From: a virus
IMG/VR virus record: IMGVR_UViG_3300045988_127339
Span: 1 to 43,168 of that record
DNA length: 43,168 bases
Strand: one strand, 5' to 3'
Shown here: positions 31,475 through 41,803 of the stretch, piece after piece
Position numbering within the stretch: the first letter of the stretch is position 1
Layout: the number at the start of each line of letters is the position of its first letter
Made by a program: the position numbers and the translations under genes
Notes under the pieces: model-generated
Seen by the model: the letters and a program-made list of their open reading frames with translations, nothing else
Database searches by the model: none
Told to the model about the DNA's origin: nothing

Positions 31475-34400
31475 ATGGCAGACTATACCGTCACCGGCGA
31501 CACCCGGCTTGACACCAGCGGCTTTACTAAGGGCATCAGCTCCATGACTGTGGCGGCAGGCAACCTAATCTCGGGTCTGGTCTCCACCGCCACCAGCAAG
31601 ATGGCCGGGCTGGCCAAGTCCTCGGTCAGCGTCGGTATGAGCTTTGAGGCGTCCATGTCTCAGGTGGCCGCCACCATGGGCAAGAGCACCGAGGAGATCG
31701 AGAGCCTGACCAAAGTCGCCAAAGAGATGGGCAGCTCCACGAAATTCTCCGCTACACAGGCTGCGGACGCCCTGAACTACCTCGCTCTCGCCGGTTATGA
31801 TGCCGACAAGGCCGCCGAGGTGCTGCCCTCGGTGCTGAATCTGGCTGCCGCAGGCGGCATGGACCTCGCCTATGCTTCTGACCTCGTCACGGACGCGATG
31901 GCCTCCCTGAACATCGAGGCCAACAAGAACAATGTAGACGCCTTCGGAAACAAGCTGGCCATGGGCGCCAGCAAGGCCAACGCCACGGTCGCTCAGCTGG
32001 GCGAAGCCATCCTGACGGTCGGCGGCACTGCCGCCAACCTCAAGAACGGCACCACGGAGCTGACCACAGCACTCGGCCTGCTGGCAAACGTAGGCCTCAA
32101 GGGCGCGGAGGGCGGCACCCACCTGCGCAACATCATCCTGTCGCTGCAATCCCCCACCGATGACGCCGCGAAGCTCATACAGCAGCTGGGTCTGCAAGTC
32201 TACGACGCGCAGGGCAATATGCGGGACCTCGACGAGATTCTGGGCGACCTGAACACCCGCATGGTCGGCATGACGCAGGGTCAGAAGGACAGCATCATCA
32301 ATCGGCTGTTCAATAAAACCGACCTCGCAGCCGTCAACGGCCTGCTGGCCGCGCAGGGCGAGCAGTGGGATTCTCTCGCCGCACAGATCGACGCGGCGGG
32401 CGGAGCAATGGAGCAGATGGCCGAGACCCAGCAGGACAACCTGCAGGGCGTCATGACGTCCATGAGCTCCGCCTTTGAGGGTTTGCAGCTGGCCGTATAC
32501 GAGCGGCTGGAGCCTGCACTGACGGACGCGGGCAGCTGGGGCGTCGAGTGCATCCGCACCCTGACCGACGCTCTCAGCAACGGCGGCCCCGAAGCGATGC
32601 TGTCCGCAGCGGGCGGCATCCTCTCTGATTTAGCCGCAGGCATCGTGGAGCAGCTGCCCGGGCTGGCAGCCGCCGGCGTGGACGCCATCACCTATCTGGC
32701 GCAGAGCCTCATAGCAGCTACACCGGAGATGCTGTCCACCGGCGCTTCCATCATCGGCGCACTGGTGGACAGCCTGAGCTCCGCCCTTCCCCAGCTTCTG
32801 CACACCGGCATCGAGATGCTCTCCCAGTTGGGCGAGGGCCTTGTGCAGGGCATCCCGGAGCTGCTGACGCAGGCGCTGCCCATCGTGGCCGACCTTGCCA
32901 GCGGCCTCCGCGAGAATGCCGGGAAACTGGTGGACGCGGGCATCGAGTTCATTTTCAACCTGATGCAGGGCCTGATGGACGGTCTGCCCACCCTCATCGA
33001 GTATCTGCCCGGCATCGTCTCTGACCTTGCGGGCATCATCAACGATAACGCCCCCAAGCTCCTCGCAGCGGGTGCCCACCTCATCGTCATGCTGGGCGAA
33101 GGCCTGCTGGAGGCATTGCCCACCATCATCCAGAACATCCCTCAGATCTGCAAGGCCCTCTTCGACGTGTTCACCGCCTTCCGCTGGCTGGACATCGGCA
33201 GCCAGATCGTATCCGGTCTGTGGAACGGCCTGAAGTCCGGCTGGACGGGTCTCATCTCGAAGGTGCAGGGCCTCGCCCAGCAGCTGCCCGACATCGTGAA
33301 GAAGGTGCTGGGCATCCACTCGCCGTCTCGAGTGTTCTCCGAGATCGGTATGCAGACCTGTGCCGGTCTAGCGCAGGGCATGACACTGGGCAACGCCAAG
33401 GTCAAAAAAGCTGCCAGCGAGGTGCTGGCCTCCGTCACCGAAACCGCGACCCAGATCACCGACGGCGTGACCCGCACGGTGGAGACCACGACCCAGCGGA
33501 TGGCCGATGGTGCCACCAAGCAGGCCCAGACCATCACCTCCACCAGCCGCCAGATGGTGGACGGCGTGCTCAAGGACATCAAGACCGTCGAGACCGTCGC
33601 GGCAGACGGCAAGCGGACGGTCAGCCAGACTATGGAGACTGTCCGGGATGTGGTGGGCACCGTGACGGCCACCACCACGGCCCTCGCGGACGGGGTCAAG
33701 ACCACCACCCAGACCGTGACCAAGACCCTCGCGGACGGCACCACCGAACAACAGCAGGTCATCACCCAGACGCAGGACAAGGTCATCGACGGGGCACTCC
33801 GCACGGTGGAGACCGTCAAGACCATTGCCGCCGACGGCACCGAGCAGGTGGCCGAGACCATCAAGGACAGCGCCGCCAAGACACTGGACGGCCTCTGGTC
33901 TGAACTCAAAGACCGGGCCAACGAGGGCATCCTCGGCACGGTGGGCACCCTGTGGGACGCGGTAAAGAGCGGAGACTGGCTTTCCATCGGCAAGTGGGCG
34001 GCATCCGCCCTCTACGCGGGCCTCACCGCCGACCAGAAGCAGCAGCTCTCCAGCTTCGCCCTGAGCATGGTGGACGGGCTGAACGGCGTCCTCGGCGACG
34101 CGGCGGGCAGTCTGGCGCAGGCGGCGTGGAGCATCGGCCAGAGCCTTTTTGAGGGGATCACCGGAAAGTTCGGAGACATATCCTCCATGGCCGTTAAGAT
34201 GGGCGGAACCCTGAAAAGCGTCTTCGGTGCCCTCAAAACCCCGCTGGCCGCTGCGGCCAAGGCCATCAGCACCGGACTCTCCGGCGGCCTCATGAGTATG
34301 TTCCCCGCCATCTACGCGGGCTTCGCCGGCATGATCGGCACCATCGGCGCTGCCGTCGAAGGAATGCTTATCGCCGTCAGCGCAGCGCTGGAATCCACCC

Positions 34401-34870
34401 TCTTCGGCATCCCGGCGGGCCTCGTGGTGGCCGCTGCCGCTGTCGCTCTGGGCGTCGCCATCGCAGCCATCGTGTCCAAGCTGGGCGGGAGCCACCGCAG
34501 TTCCGGCGGCTCTGGCGGCAGCGGTGGAAGTGGCGGCAGCTCCGGCCTCGACCTCGACACCCCCAGCATCACCGATGAGTCGAACAAGCTCACCGACACC
34601 ATCGACGCCAACACCGACCAGCTCACCGAGATCAACAAGAGCCTCGCTAAGCTGGTCAAGAGCGCCAACGCCCTTGTCCTCAGCGACAACGCGGCCGTGA
34701 GCAGCCGGGTGGCTGCATCCGGCACGGCGCAGATCGCCGCTGCGGCCAGAAGCTACCGCGAGGGCGACACCAACATCACCCAGAACATCTACAGCAGGGC
34801 CCACACCGCCGCCGACCTTCAGCGCGAAGCACGCTGGGAGGCCGACCGCGCCAAGGCCGAGAAACACTGA
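31475..34870 (+). CDS. Tail tape measure protein
   Basis: The product is about 1130 aa and helical, with hydrophobic Gly/Ala-rich segments. It contains a Thr-rich repeat (TVETV.T.AADG twice) and an SSGGSGGSGGSGGSSG linker. The ATG at 31475 follows a GAGAGGTGG RBS. Confidence 0.9.
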   Translation: MADYTVTGDTRLDTSGFTKGISSMTVAAGNLISGLVSTATSKMAGLAKSSVSVGMSFEASMSQVAATMGKSTEEIESLTKVAKEMGSSTKFSATQAADALNYLALAGYDADKAAEVLPSVLNLAAAGGMDLAYASDLVTDAMASLNIEANKNNVDAFGNKLAMGASKANATVAQLGEAILTVGGTAANLKNGTTELTTALGLLANVGLKGAEGGTHLRNIILSLQSPTDDAAKLIQQLGLQVYDAQGNMRDLDEILGDLNTRMVGMTQGQKDSIINRLFNKTDLAAVNGLLAAQGEQWDSLAAQIDAAGGAMEQMAETQQDNLQGVMTSMSSAFEGLQLAVYERLEPALTDAGSWGVECIRTLTDALSNGGPEAMLSAAGGILSDLAAGIVEQLPGLAAAGVDAITYLAQSLIAATPEMLSTGASIIGALVDSLSSALPQLLHTGIEMLSQLGEGLVQGIPELLTQALPIVADLASGLRENAGKLVDAGIEFIFNLMQGLMDGLPTLIEYLPGIVSDLAGIINDNAPKLLAAGAHLIVMLGEGLLEALPTIIQNIPQICKALFDVFTAFRWLDIGSQIVSGLWNGLKSGWTGLISKVQGLAQQLPDIVKKVLGIHSPSRVFSEIGMQTCAGLAQGMTLGNAKVKKAASEVLASVTETATQITDGVTRTVETTTQRMADGATKQAQTITSTSRQMVDGVLKDIKTVETVAADGKRTVSQTMETVRDVVGTVTATTTALADGVKTTTQTVTKTLADGTTEQQQVITQTQDKVIDGALRTVETVKTIAADGTEQVAETIKDSAAKTLDGLWSELKDRANEGILGTVGTLWDAVKSGDWLSIGKWAASALYAGLTADQKQQLSSFALSMVDGLNGVLGDAAGSLAQAAWSIGQSLFEGITGKFGDISSMAVKMGGTLKSVFGALKTPLAAAAKAISTGLSGGLMSMFPAIYAGFAGMIGTIGAAVEGMLIAVSAALESTLFGIPAGLVVAAAAVALGVAIAAIVSKLGGSHRSSGGSGGSGGSGGSSGLDLDTPSITDESNKLTDTIDANTDQLTEINKSLAKLVKSANALVLSDNAAVSSRVAASGTAQIAAAARSYREGDTNITQNIYSRAHTAADLQREARWEADRAKAEKH

Positions 34871-34887
34871 AAGGAGGTCATCCACTC

Positions 34888-35751
34888 GTGCGCAAAGACC
34901 ATCTCCGCCTCGTGACGGACGCCGGGGCCGTTCTCGACCTCGGCTGGGACTACGGCATCCCCTACCAGATGGACAACCTCTCGGGCGTGGATGTCACCCT
35001 CAAGACGGCGCAGGGCGTCAACCAGCAGGGTGTCACCGTGGAAGACCAGAGCGTGGAGGGCGTCACCCATGAGGTCATCGCGGACTTCTGGGGCGCAGAC
35101 GGCGAGGCGCAGGCTGACCGCTTTTTGCAGCTGCTGCCCTTCTTCACCTCGGGCACGGCCTACTTCGGGGACAAATACTTCGCCCGCTTTTTCCTGCAAA
35201 AGACCCCCTACACCGTCCAGCTCCACCCGTACCCCCGCCTCGACTTCATGCTCTACCGCCCGAAGCCCTACTGGTACAGCCTTAGCGAGGAGCGCGCCGA
35301 GATGGGCGGCTTCATCCCGCGCTTCTCGTTCCCAGTCTGCTACGACAGCCACCAGTACAGCGAGTGGCGGCAGAGCTACTTTCTCAACATCCGCAACCCC
35401 GGGGCGCTGCCGGTGCCCTTCACGGCCAAGCTCCGCTCCACCGGGCTTGTGGTCAACCCCGCCATCCGCAACTCCGTTACCGGGGAGCACATCGGCTTCG
35501 ACACTACGCTCAAAGCGGGTGAGGTGCTGGAGATCTACCGCACCACCACCGACCGTCTGGCCGTCAAGCTCACCCGGGACGGCACCGAGTCCAACGCCTT
35601 CGCCCTGCTGGACGAGGACTCCGACCTCACCGAGCTGCACCCCGGGGACAACGTCCTGACCGCCGACGCCGACAGCGGCAAGGCGGGCCTGCAGGTCAGT
35701 GTGAGCTTCTACCCGATGGTGGTTGGAATTCTGCCTGAGGTGATGAAATGA
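34888..35751 (+). CDS. Distal tail protein (Dit-like)
   Basis: The 287-aa ORF lies immediately after the TMP gene. It has a GTG start and an AAAGGAGG RBS. Confidence 0.65.
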   Translation: MRKDHLRLVTDAGAVLDLGWDYGIPYQMDNLSGVDVTLKTAQGVNQQGVTVEDQSVEGVTHEVIADFWGADGEAQADRFLQLLPFFTSGTAYFGDKYFARFFLQKTPYTVQLHPYPRLDFMLYRPKPYWYSLSEERAEMGGFIPRFSFPVCYDSHQYSEWRQSYFLNIRNPGALPVPFTAKLRSTGLVVNPAIRNSVTGEHIGFDTTLKAGEVLEIYRTTTDRLAVKLTRDGTESNAFALLDEDSDLTELHPGDNVLTADADSGKAGLQVSVSFYPMVVGILPEVMK

Positions 35752-36761
35752 CCTTTGACGTACTGGACGAAACCACCCTTGCACGCCTCGGGAACATCGG
35801 CGTATGGGTGTCGGTGTACTGGGATGAGCCGTACAACTCCGAGGGCAGTTTTACCCTCGAGGTGCGGCCTACACCCGAGAACATGGAGCTGCTGCGGGAG
35901 GGCCGCTGGCTCGTCCGCACCGACGCCGTGACCAAAGTGCCCATGCGCATCTGCCATCGCTCCAACGAGAACGAGGACGCCAACCTCGTCGTCACCGGCT
36001 ATCCGGCCACGTGGATCTTCACCAAGCGGGTCAGCGTCTCGGCCATCAAGAAGGAGAACGCCGAGACCGCCATGCTGGCCCTCGCCAAGGCAGCGGCTCC
36101 GTGGCCCAAGCTGGAGGTGGCCGAGCCGAAGGGCTTTGACACCACCTTTGAGCAGCAGACCAGTGGCGCGACCCTGTTTGACTATTTCAAAACGGTGGGT
36201 GCAGCCTGCGACCTCGGCTTCCGGGTCGTCCTCATGGGTAAAAACAGCGCGAAAAAACTAATGTTCGAGGTCTGGCGGCCCACCGCAGACCCCAACAACC
36301 GCTTCTCGCCCAAGTGGGGCAGCCTGCGGGAAGCCAGCTGGGCCTTCGGCGACGGTAGCTATGCCAACGTCGCCCTCGTGCTGGGGGCGGGCGAGGGCGA
36401 GGAGCGGGCCATGGTCTGGGCAGGCGACACCGAGGCTGAAGGAGCGGAGCGCCGGGAGATGATCGTGGACGCCCGGGACATCCAGCCGGACAAGGACAGC
36501 GGCGAGACGGTCAAGAGCGACAGCTACCTCCAGAAGCTGGCCGACCGGGGCGCGTCGAAGCTCCTCGAGCAGCTGCGCACCGGCAGCATCGAGATGACAC
36601 TGGACGCCGACGGCCTCGAGCCGGGCGACGTCTGTTTCTGCTCTCTGCCGGATCTCGGCTACAAGGCCACCGTCCGGGTGGCCGACATCATCATCCAGAG
36701 CCAGACCGATGGCACTACCCGCACTGCGCGGCTGGGCACACCGGTCTGGCACAAGAGCTAG
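35748..36761 (+). CDS. Tail-associated protein (Sipho_Gp37-like / Tal position)
   Basis: The 337-aa ORF follows Dit and its start overlaps the Dit stop (ATGA). Confidence 0.6.
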   Translation: MTFDVLDETTLARLGNIGVWVSVYWDEPYNSEGSFTLEVRPTPENMELLREGRWLVRTDAVTKVPMRICHRSNENEDANLVVTGYPATWIFTKRVSVSAIKKENAETAMLALAKAAAPWPKLEVAEPKGFDTTFEQQTSGATLFDYFKTVGAACDLGFRVVLMGKNSAKKLMFEVWRPTADPNNRFSPKWGSLREASWAFGDGSYANVALVLGAGEGEERAMVWAGDTEAEGAERREMIVDARDIQPDKDSGETVKSDSYLQKLADRGASKLLEQLRTGSIEMTLDADGLEPGDVCFCSLPDLGYKATVRVADIIIQSQTDGTTRTARLGTPVWHKS

Positions 36762-36772
36762 GAGGCGATATT

Positions 36773-37663
36773 TTGAGCACCGCAGGCATCGTGACCTACC
36801 CTCTGGAAGGCGCCACCTACGACGCCGAGGACGCTGCGGCCTACTTTTCCACCCGCACCAGCGGCGTCTTCTCCACGGAGGAGGACTTCGCCGTGGCCCC
36901 GGCAGAGGGCACCAGCGTGACCGTCAGCGGAGGCCGGGCGTGGCTGCATCCCAGTCGTTGGGTCGGATTCAGCGTCACCGCCCGGGAGGACACCACCCTC
37001 ACCCTCCCGCAGGCGGACAGCTATCTTCCCCGCATCGACCGCATCGTGCTGCGGTACGACGCCACCAGCCGCACCACCACACTACAGGTCTTACAGGGGG
37101 CCGCAGGCTCCTCGCCAACGGCCCCGGACATCTCCCGCACCGAGATGGTCTACGACCTCTGCCTCGCCGAGGTCGCACGACCGGCGGGGCAGACTTCCCT
37201 CACCACCGCCGACATCACCGACACCCGCGCCGACGCCGCCCTCTGCGGCCTCATGCGGGACGGCGTCACCGGCATCCCGGTAAATGCGCTGGGCGCACAG
37301 GCGCTGGCAAAGGCCAAGGAGACGGCGGCGCTCTGTGATGCACTGCTGCAAAGCTACACCGGCGGCTATCTCGGCATCTGGCCCGTCACCCTGACGACCA
37401 GCGGATGGGCGAAGTCCACCGACCTTCCCAGCTACCCCTACAAGCAGACCGCCGAGCTTCGCGCCGCCCGAGAGTCCAGCAGACCCGAAGCCGTGCCCGC
37501 CCTCGACAGCTTCAACACAGCCATCGCGGCAGGCATCGCAGGCGTATGCGAGACGAAGGACGGCACGATCACCTTCTGGGCCGAAGAGGTGCCGGAGCAG
37601 GACATCCTGATGCAGGTGACGCTGCTGGGAAAAATGACCGCAGAAAATCAACAGGAGGCATGA
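36773..37663 (+). CDS. Baseplate / tail fibre-associated protein (hypothetical)
   Basis: The 296-aa ORF has a TTG start and a TAGGAGG RBS and lies in the tail tip module. Confidence 0.5.
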   Translation: MSTAGIVTYPLEGATYDAEDAAAYFSTRTSGVFSTEEDFAVAPAEGTSVTVSGGRAWLHPSRWVGFSVTAREDTTLTLPQADSYLPRIDRIVLRYDATSRTTTLQVLQGAAGSSPTAPDISRTEMVYDLCLAEVARPAGQTSLTTADITDTRADAALCGLMRDGVTGIPVNALGAQALAKAKETAALCDALLQSYTGGYLGIWPVTLTTSGWAKSTDLPSYPYKQTAELRAARESSRPEAVPALDSFNTAIAAGIAGVCETKDGTITFWAEEVPEQDILMQVTLLGKMTAENQQEA

Positions 37664-37664
37664 T

Positions 37665-40600
37665 ATGAGTTTGTCTTATACCCCCAATTCGTGGGTCGAA
37701 AAAAAGACCAAGATCCACGCCGAGGACATGACCCGCATCGAGCAGGGCATCCAGACCGTGACACAGGCGGTCAATGCGCTACCGTCTAGTCCTGCTTCCG
37801 CCAGCAGCGTCCTCACCCCCGAGCAGTTCGGCGCGGTGGGCGACGGCGTGGCGGATGATACGGAGGCTCTGAAAGCCGCTATTCAGGCGGCGAGTGAGCA
37901 GAAACAGCCGCTGGAGCTGACGCCCGGCGCGACCTATCGCTTTACGGAAGTGCTGAACCCGAAAGACAATCTGACCATCCACGGCAACGGCGCGGCACTG
38001 CTGAGTGACGTCCAGTGGGCAAAGCAGGAGCAGGACCGCCCCGGCATCTTTGTCATTGGCAGGTCCAACACTGACCTCGTGCAGCACATCCGCATCGAGG
38101 GCCTGACCTTCCGTGCGGCGGACACCTGCCAGACGAACACTATGCTGCGATTTCAGCGCTGCGCTGACGTGGAGGTCAGGGACTGCGTCTTCGACTGCGA
38201 CATCAACACCCAGAACCGTGGCTGTATGGACTTGTACGGCGTTAACCATGATTTCCTCTTCGAGAACGTCGTCTTCCGGCAGCTGAGCGCCTGCAAGGAG
38301 GGCGGCGTCTGGGTGCGCAACTGGCTGAGGGACTATGGTTCTTCGAACATCCGCTTCCTGCATTGCGACTTCTACAAGGCGGGCGGCGATGAAGTTCTGG
38401 GTGTCTGGGGCTGGGGCGGCACCATGGAGCATGTCCTCATCTCGGGCTGCAACTTCTACGATGTGGACGACGAAAAATACCGTGCCCGAGGGTTCTACCC
38501 TGCGTGGTTCATCACGCTGGGCCAGAGCGGCAACCGCACCGATGTCCGGATGGAGAACTGTATTGTTCAGGTAAAGCGCTGCAACGCGCTGTTCCGCATG
38601 GTAGGCGATGGTACCCATACCGTGGTGGACAACTGTGACCTCTACTTAGAGCGGCCTGACGATATGGAAAAAGCGGATGCATATAAGGGTGCGAACCCTC
38701 TGCTGGCGCAGGGCAATGGCCGCACCGATGGCAGTACGGCCATCCAGAACTGCCGCATCCGCCTGAAGGGAGACGGCGGAAGACGCATCTGCTACCAGAT
38801 GGGCGCTCTGCGGAACAATTACTTCGATGTAGAGTGCGGGTACGGACCTTCGAGTACCAAAGAGGTCGTCGGCAACATCTTCCACGGCTCTCTGTACGGC
38901 CTTTTCTGGGACTGCGACATCGTCCGAGACAATGTCGTGGAACTCACGAACTCGGGCGCTGGATGGATGTCCGGCGCAGGCGAGGTCGTCGGCAACCAGA
39001 TCAAAATGGAGATCACCGCAGACGCACAGGGCGGCGCTATCTTCCACAACAACTGGGGTAAAGGCACCATCCGGGACAACAAGTTTGACCTGACCTTCAC
39101 CCAAGAGTGTGATGTGCGCCAGTACGATATGCGCGGCGGCCCCCAGTACGTGCAGAACAACATCATTAACGTCAAGGGCGCACGCTACAACTACCTGCAA
39201 AGCGCCATCAGCGGCCTTATCTATCGCAAGAACAATTTCTTCAACAACGCGCCGGAAAAGCTTTTCGAGTGTACCGGCGTCGCTTTCGATGAAGAGACCC
39301 GCATGGAGCAGTACAAAAAGCATACCCGTCTGGGCGTGACCATTTCCCCCGAAAACTGCACCGACCCCGTCGTCTATACGTGGGAGGATGCGGACGGTGT
39401 TCTGGACGCCGGAGAGTACGGCGCATACCGCCCGCTGAAGGACGGCACGGCCAACGTCACGGTTTCCTGCGGTATGTTCTCGGCGTCCCAGAAGATCACT
39501 GTGAAGCTGATCCCTGTGCCCTGCGAGGACCTGAAACTGAGCCGCGTGACCGCCAAGTGCGGCAAGGGGATGAGCACCTATCTCAAGGCCTTCCCGCAGC
39601 CCTACTGGACGACCGACGACGTCGTCTGGACTTCGGATGCGGAGGATGTGGTCACGGTCACGCAGGACGGCGTGGTATCCGCTCTCAAGACTGGCACGGC
39701 CAACATCACGGTGACCTGTGGCAGCTTTACCGTCACCTGCGCGGTGAATGTGGTGGAGGTTTCGGAACTGCCCACCTACACCGAGGGCGAATGGGCACTG
39801 GACAACACGGTCGCCTACATTCCCATGCCCAACCTTGAGGCAGAACACACCCTGTACGCAGCCTTTGACGTGGACACGGACTGCGTCGATGCGGGCGAAG
39901 AGATCCCCATCATTTCCAGCCTGCTCAGTGGGCAGACCGGGCAGGAAGCCATCAAGCTGGCATTCGGTGCGAGTGGCAAGAACTACAAGACCGTCCGCTG
40001 GTATACGACCAGCAACGAGGCGGACAGCAACGGCAGTACAACACTCTACAGCGTGCCTTATGTCAACACCGGCTTCAAGGAGGACGAACCGGCATCTACT
40101 GCATTCCTCTACCTGATGAGCGGCGTTGCCAACCCGAGCGGCGCTGTCATCTGGGCTTCGCAGACCTCCACCGTCAAGGCTGCACCGAACAGCGGAATCC
40201 TGAGCTTCAACGTGCAGACCAGCGCAGACGACACGCCCATCACCAGCTTTACCAGCGGAGCCGCGCTGGCTGCGGCACTGGCCTCCGGCAGTGTCCACGC
40301 CACCAAGGCCACCGGCTTTAAGCTGCGGGAACTCATCCTGTATACGAACTCGTCTTACACCACGCTGGACGAGGTCAAGAAGTACCGCGAGAATGCCGAG
40401 ATCGACCTGCGCTTCGATGCTGACGGTCATCCGCTCAACGCGGGCACGGCAGGCGATTTCATCATCGCGGACAGCAGCGCAGGCGAGGTCATCCCGGTCA
40501 GCAGCGTTACCCTGAACAAGACTACGCTGTCTCTGACCAAGGGCGGCACGGATACCCTGACGGCCTCCGTCCTGCCCGCTGAGGCCACCGAAAAGACCGT

Positions 40601-41336
40601 GACGTGGAGCGTATCGCCGGAAAATGTCGTGACCCTCTCGGGCACCACCGGCAGCAGTGTCACCGTGACTGCGGCGGCTGCGGGAAAGTGCACCATCACG
40701 GCTGCGGCGGGAGGCAAGACCGTCACCTGCGCGGTGACTGCGGTGGAAGTCTCTTCCGGTGATTCTGACCCTGTACCGGTCTTCTCTCTGCCGAAGACAG
40801 AATTCACTCCTGAAAACGCAACGGTCGTGGATACCGGCATCAAGCCGTTTGAATCGGCAGACGGGGCAAAGGATTACACCATCATCATTTCCCAGAGACC
40901 GCACTCTACAACGAATATCAGTGCGACCGATAGATATTGTCTGCTGCACTGCATGGACGAGACCGACCCGTATCCCGGTCTCGCTATTGCCGGTAGTGGT
41001 GAACGGTATAATATCAGCGCATTCGAGCACAGGACAACTACACTGATTGCGAGGGCTATCGGCTTCGACATCTACAATACTTACGTGTTTGCCCTTCGGG
41101 TCTCCGGTAAGCGTGTGTGGGCGAAAGTTTATAACGCAAACCATAAATCCTACATCGAAAGTAAGGGCTGGGTAGAGATTGCCAATTACGCCGCGGTGGA
41201 TAAGTCCCTGCTCATTGGCGGCTATCAGGCCAGCAACGGCACCAAGGGCCGCTTCTGGGACGGCACAGTGGATTTCTGCAAGATCTACGACAAGCTGCTG
41301 ACCGAAGAGCAGATCAACAAGATCATGGCAGGTTAA
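37665..41336 (+). CDS. Tail spike / receptor-binding protein: pectate-lyase-like beta-helix, several Big_2 Ig-like domains and a C-terminal LamG-like domain
   Basis: TPEQFGAVGDGVADDTEALKAAIQAA is the pectate_lyase_3 N-terminal signature. The Big_2-like segments are ANVTVSCGMFSASQKITV, ANITVTCGSFTVTCAV and VSSVTLNKTTLSLTKGGTDTLTASVLPAEATEKTVTWS. The C-terminus LIGGYQASNGTKGRFWDGTVDFCKIYD is LamG-like. Confidence 0.8.
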   Translation: MSLSYTPNSWVEKKTKIHAEDMTRIEQGIQTVTQAVNALPSSPASASSVLTPEQFGAVGDGVADDTEALKAAIQAASEQKQPLELTPGATYRFTEVLNPKDNLTIHGNGAALLSDVQWAKQEQDRPGIFVIGRSNTDLVQHIRIEGLTFRAADTCQTNTMLRFQRCADVEVRDCVFDCDINTQNRGCMDLYGVNHDFLFENVVFRQLSACKEGGVWVRNWLRDYGSSNIRFLHCDFYKAGGDEVLGVWGWGGTMEHVLISGCNFYDVDDEKYRARGFYPAWFITLGQSGNRTDVRMENCIVQVKRCNALFRMVGDGTHTVVDNCDLYLERPDDMEKADAYKGANPLLAQGNGRTDGSTAIQNCRIRLKGDGGRRICYQMGALRNNYFDVECGYGPSSTKEVVGNIFHGSLYGLFWDCDIVRDNVVELTNSGAGWMSGAGEVVGNQIKMEITADAQGGAIFHNNWGKGTIRDNKFDLTFTQECDVRQYDMRGGPQYVQNNIINVKGARYNYLQSAISGLIYRKNNFFNNAPEKLFECTGVAFDEETRMEQYKKHTRLGVTISPENCTDPVVYTWEDADGVLDAGEYGAYRPLKDGTANVTVSCGMFSASQKITVKLIPVPCEDLKLSRVTAKCGKGMSTYLKAFPQPYWTTDDVVWTSDAEDVVTVTQDGVVSALKTGTANITVTCGSFTVTCAVNVVEVSELPTYTEGEWALDNTVAYIPMPNLEAEHTLYAAFDVDTDCVDAGEEIPIISSLLSGQTGQEAIKLAFGASGKNYKTVRWYTTSNEADSNGSTTLYSVPYVNTGFKEDEPASTAFLYLMSGVANPSGAVIWASQTSTVKAAPNSGILSFNVQTSADDTPITSFTSGAALAAALASGSVHATKATGFKLRELILYTNSSYTTLDEVKKYRENAEIDLRFDADGHPLNAGTAGDFIIADSSAGEVIPVSSVTLNKTTLSLTKGGTDTLTASVLPAEATEKTVTWSVSPENVVTLSGTTGSSVTVTAAAAGKCTITAAAGGKTVTCAVTAVEVSSGDSDPVPVFSLPKTEFTPENATVVDTGIKPFESADGAKDYTIIISQRPHSTTNISATDRYCLLHCMDETDPYPGLAIAGSGERYNISAFEHRTTTLIARAIGFDIYNTYVFALRVSGKRVWAKVYNANHKSYIESKGWVEIANYAAVDKSLLIGGYQASNGTKGRFWDGTVDFCKIYDKLLTEEQINKIMAG

Positions 41337-41365
41337 GGGCGCAGGAAGCATAAGGAGAACGGAAT

Positions 41366-41749
41366 ATGGCATTAGGTTCTGTAAGTATCCCTCCCTTCAC
41401 TCGGGCGGAACTCGTGCGCCTGATAAACCAGAAGTCGTACCCGGATGGGCAGCTGGTGTACACGGCCCGCGCAACTTTCAGCTACAAAAGCAGCGAAATC
41501 CTGACCCTCCCCGCAACGGTCGATTATGTGAAGCTTTCGGGTGGCTCCTATGACTCGTGGGTGCAGGACAGCTACCATGTCCCCGAGGGGACAAAGCTGA
41601 CCAGAGGAAGCTCCTTCCGCACCAATACGGGCAGCTATTACGCCAAAATCACCTTCAGTGAGGACGGAACGCTACGCTTTGATGGGTACGATGCCTCAAG
41701 CAAAACCTACACTGCATCCTTCAACGTCGAGGGCTACCACTACTACTGA
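41366..41749 (+). CDS. Hypothetical protein (tail-fibre-adjacent)
   Basis: The 127-aa ORF has a TAAGGAG RBS. Confidence 0.55.
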   Translation: MALGSVSIPPFTRAELVRLINQKSYPDGQLVYTARATFSYKSSEILTLPATVDYVKLSGGSYDSWVQDSYHVPEGTKLTRGSSFRTNTGSYYAKITFSEDGTLRFDGYDASSKTYTASFNVEGYHYY

Positions 41750-41803
41750 CAAAAACGAAAAGCAGCCCCGGGGTGGAGCTGCAAAAGAAAGGTCGTGACT
41801 TTT

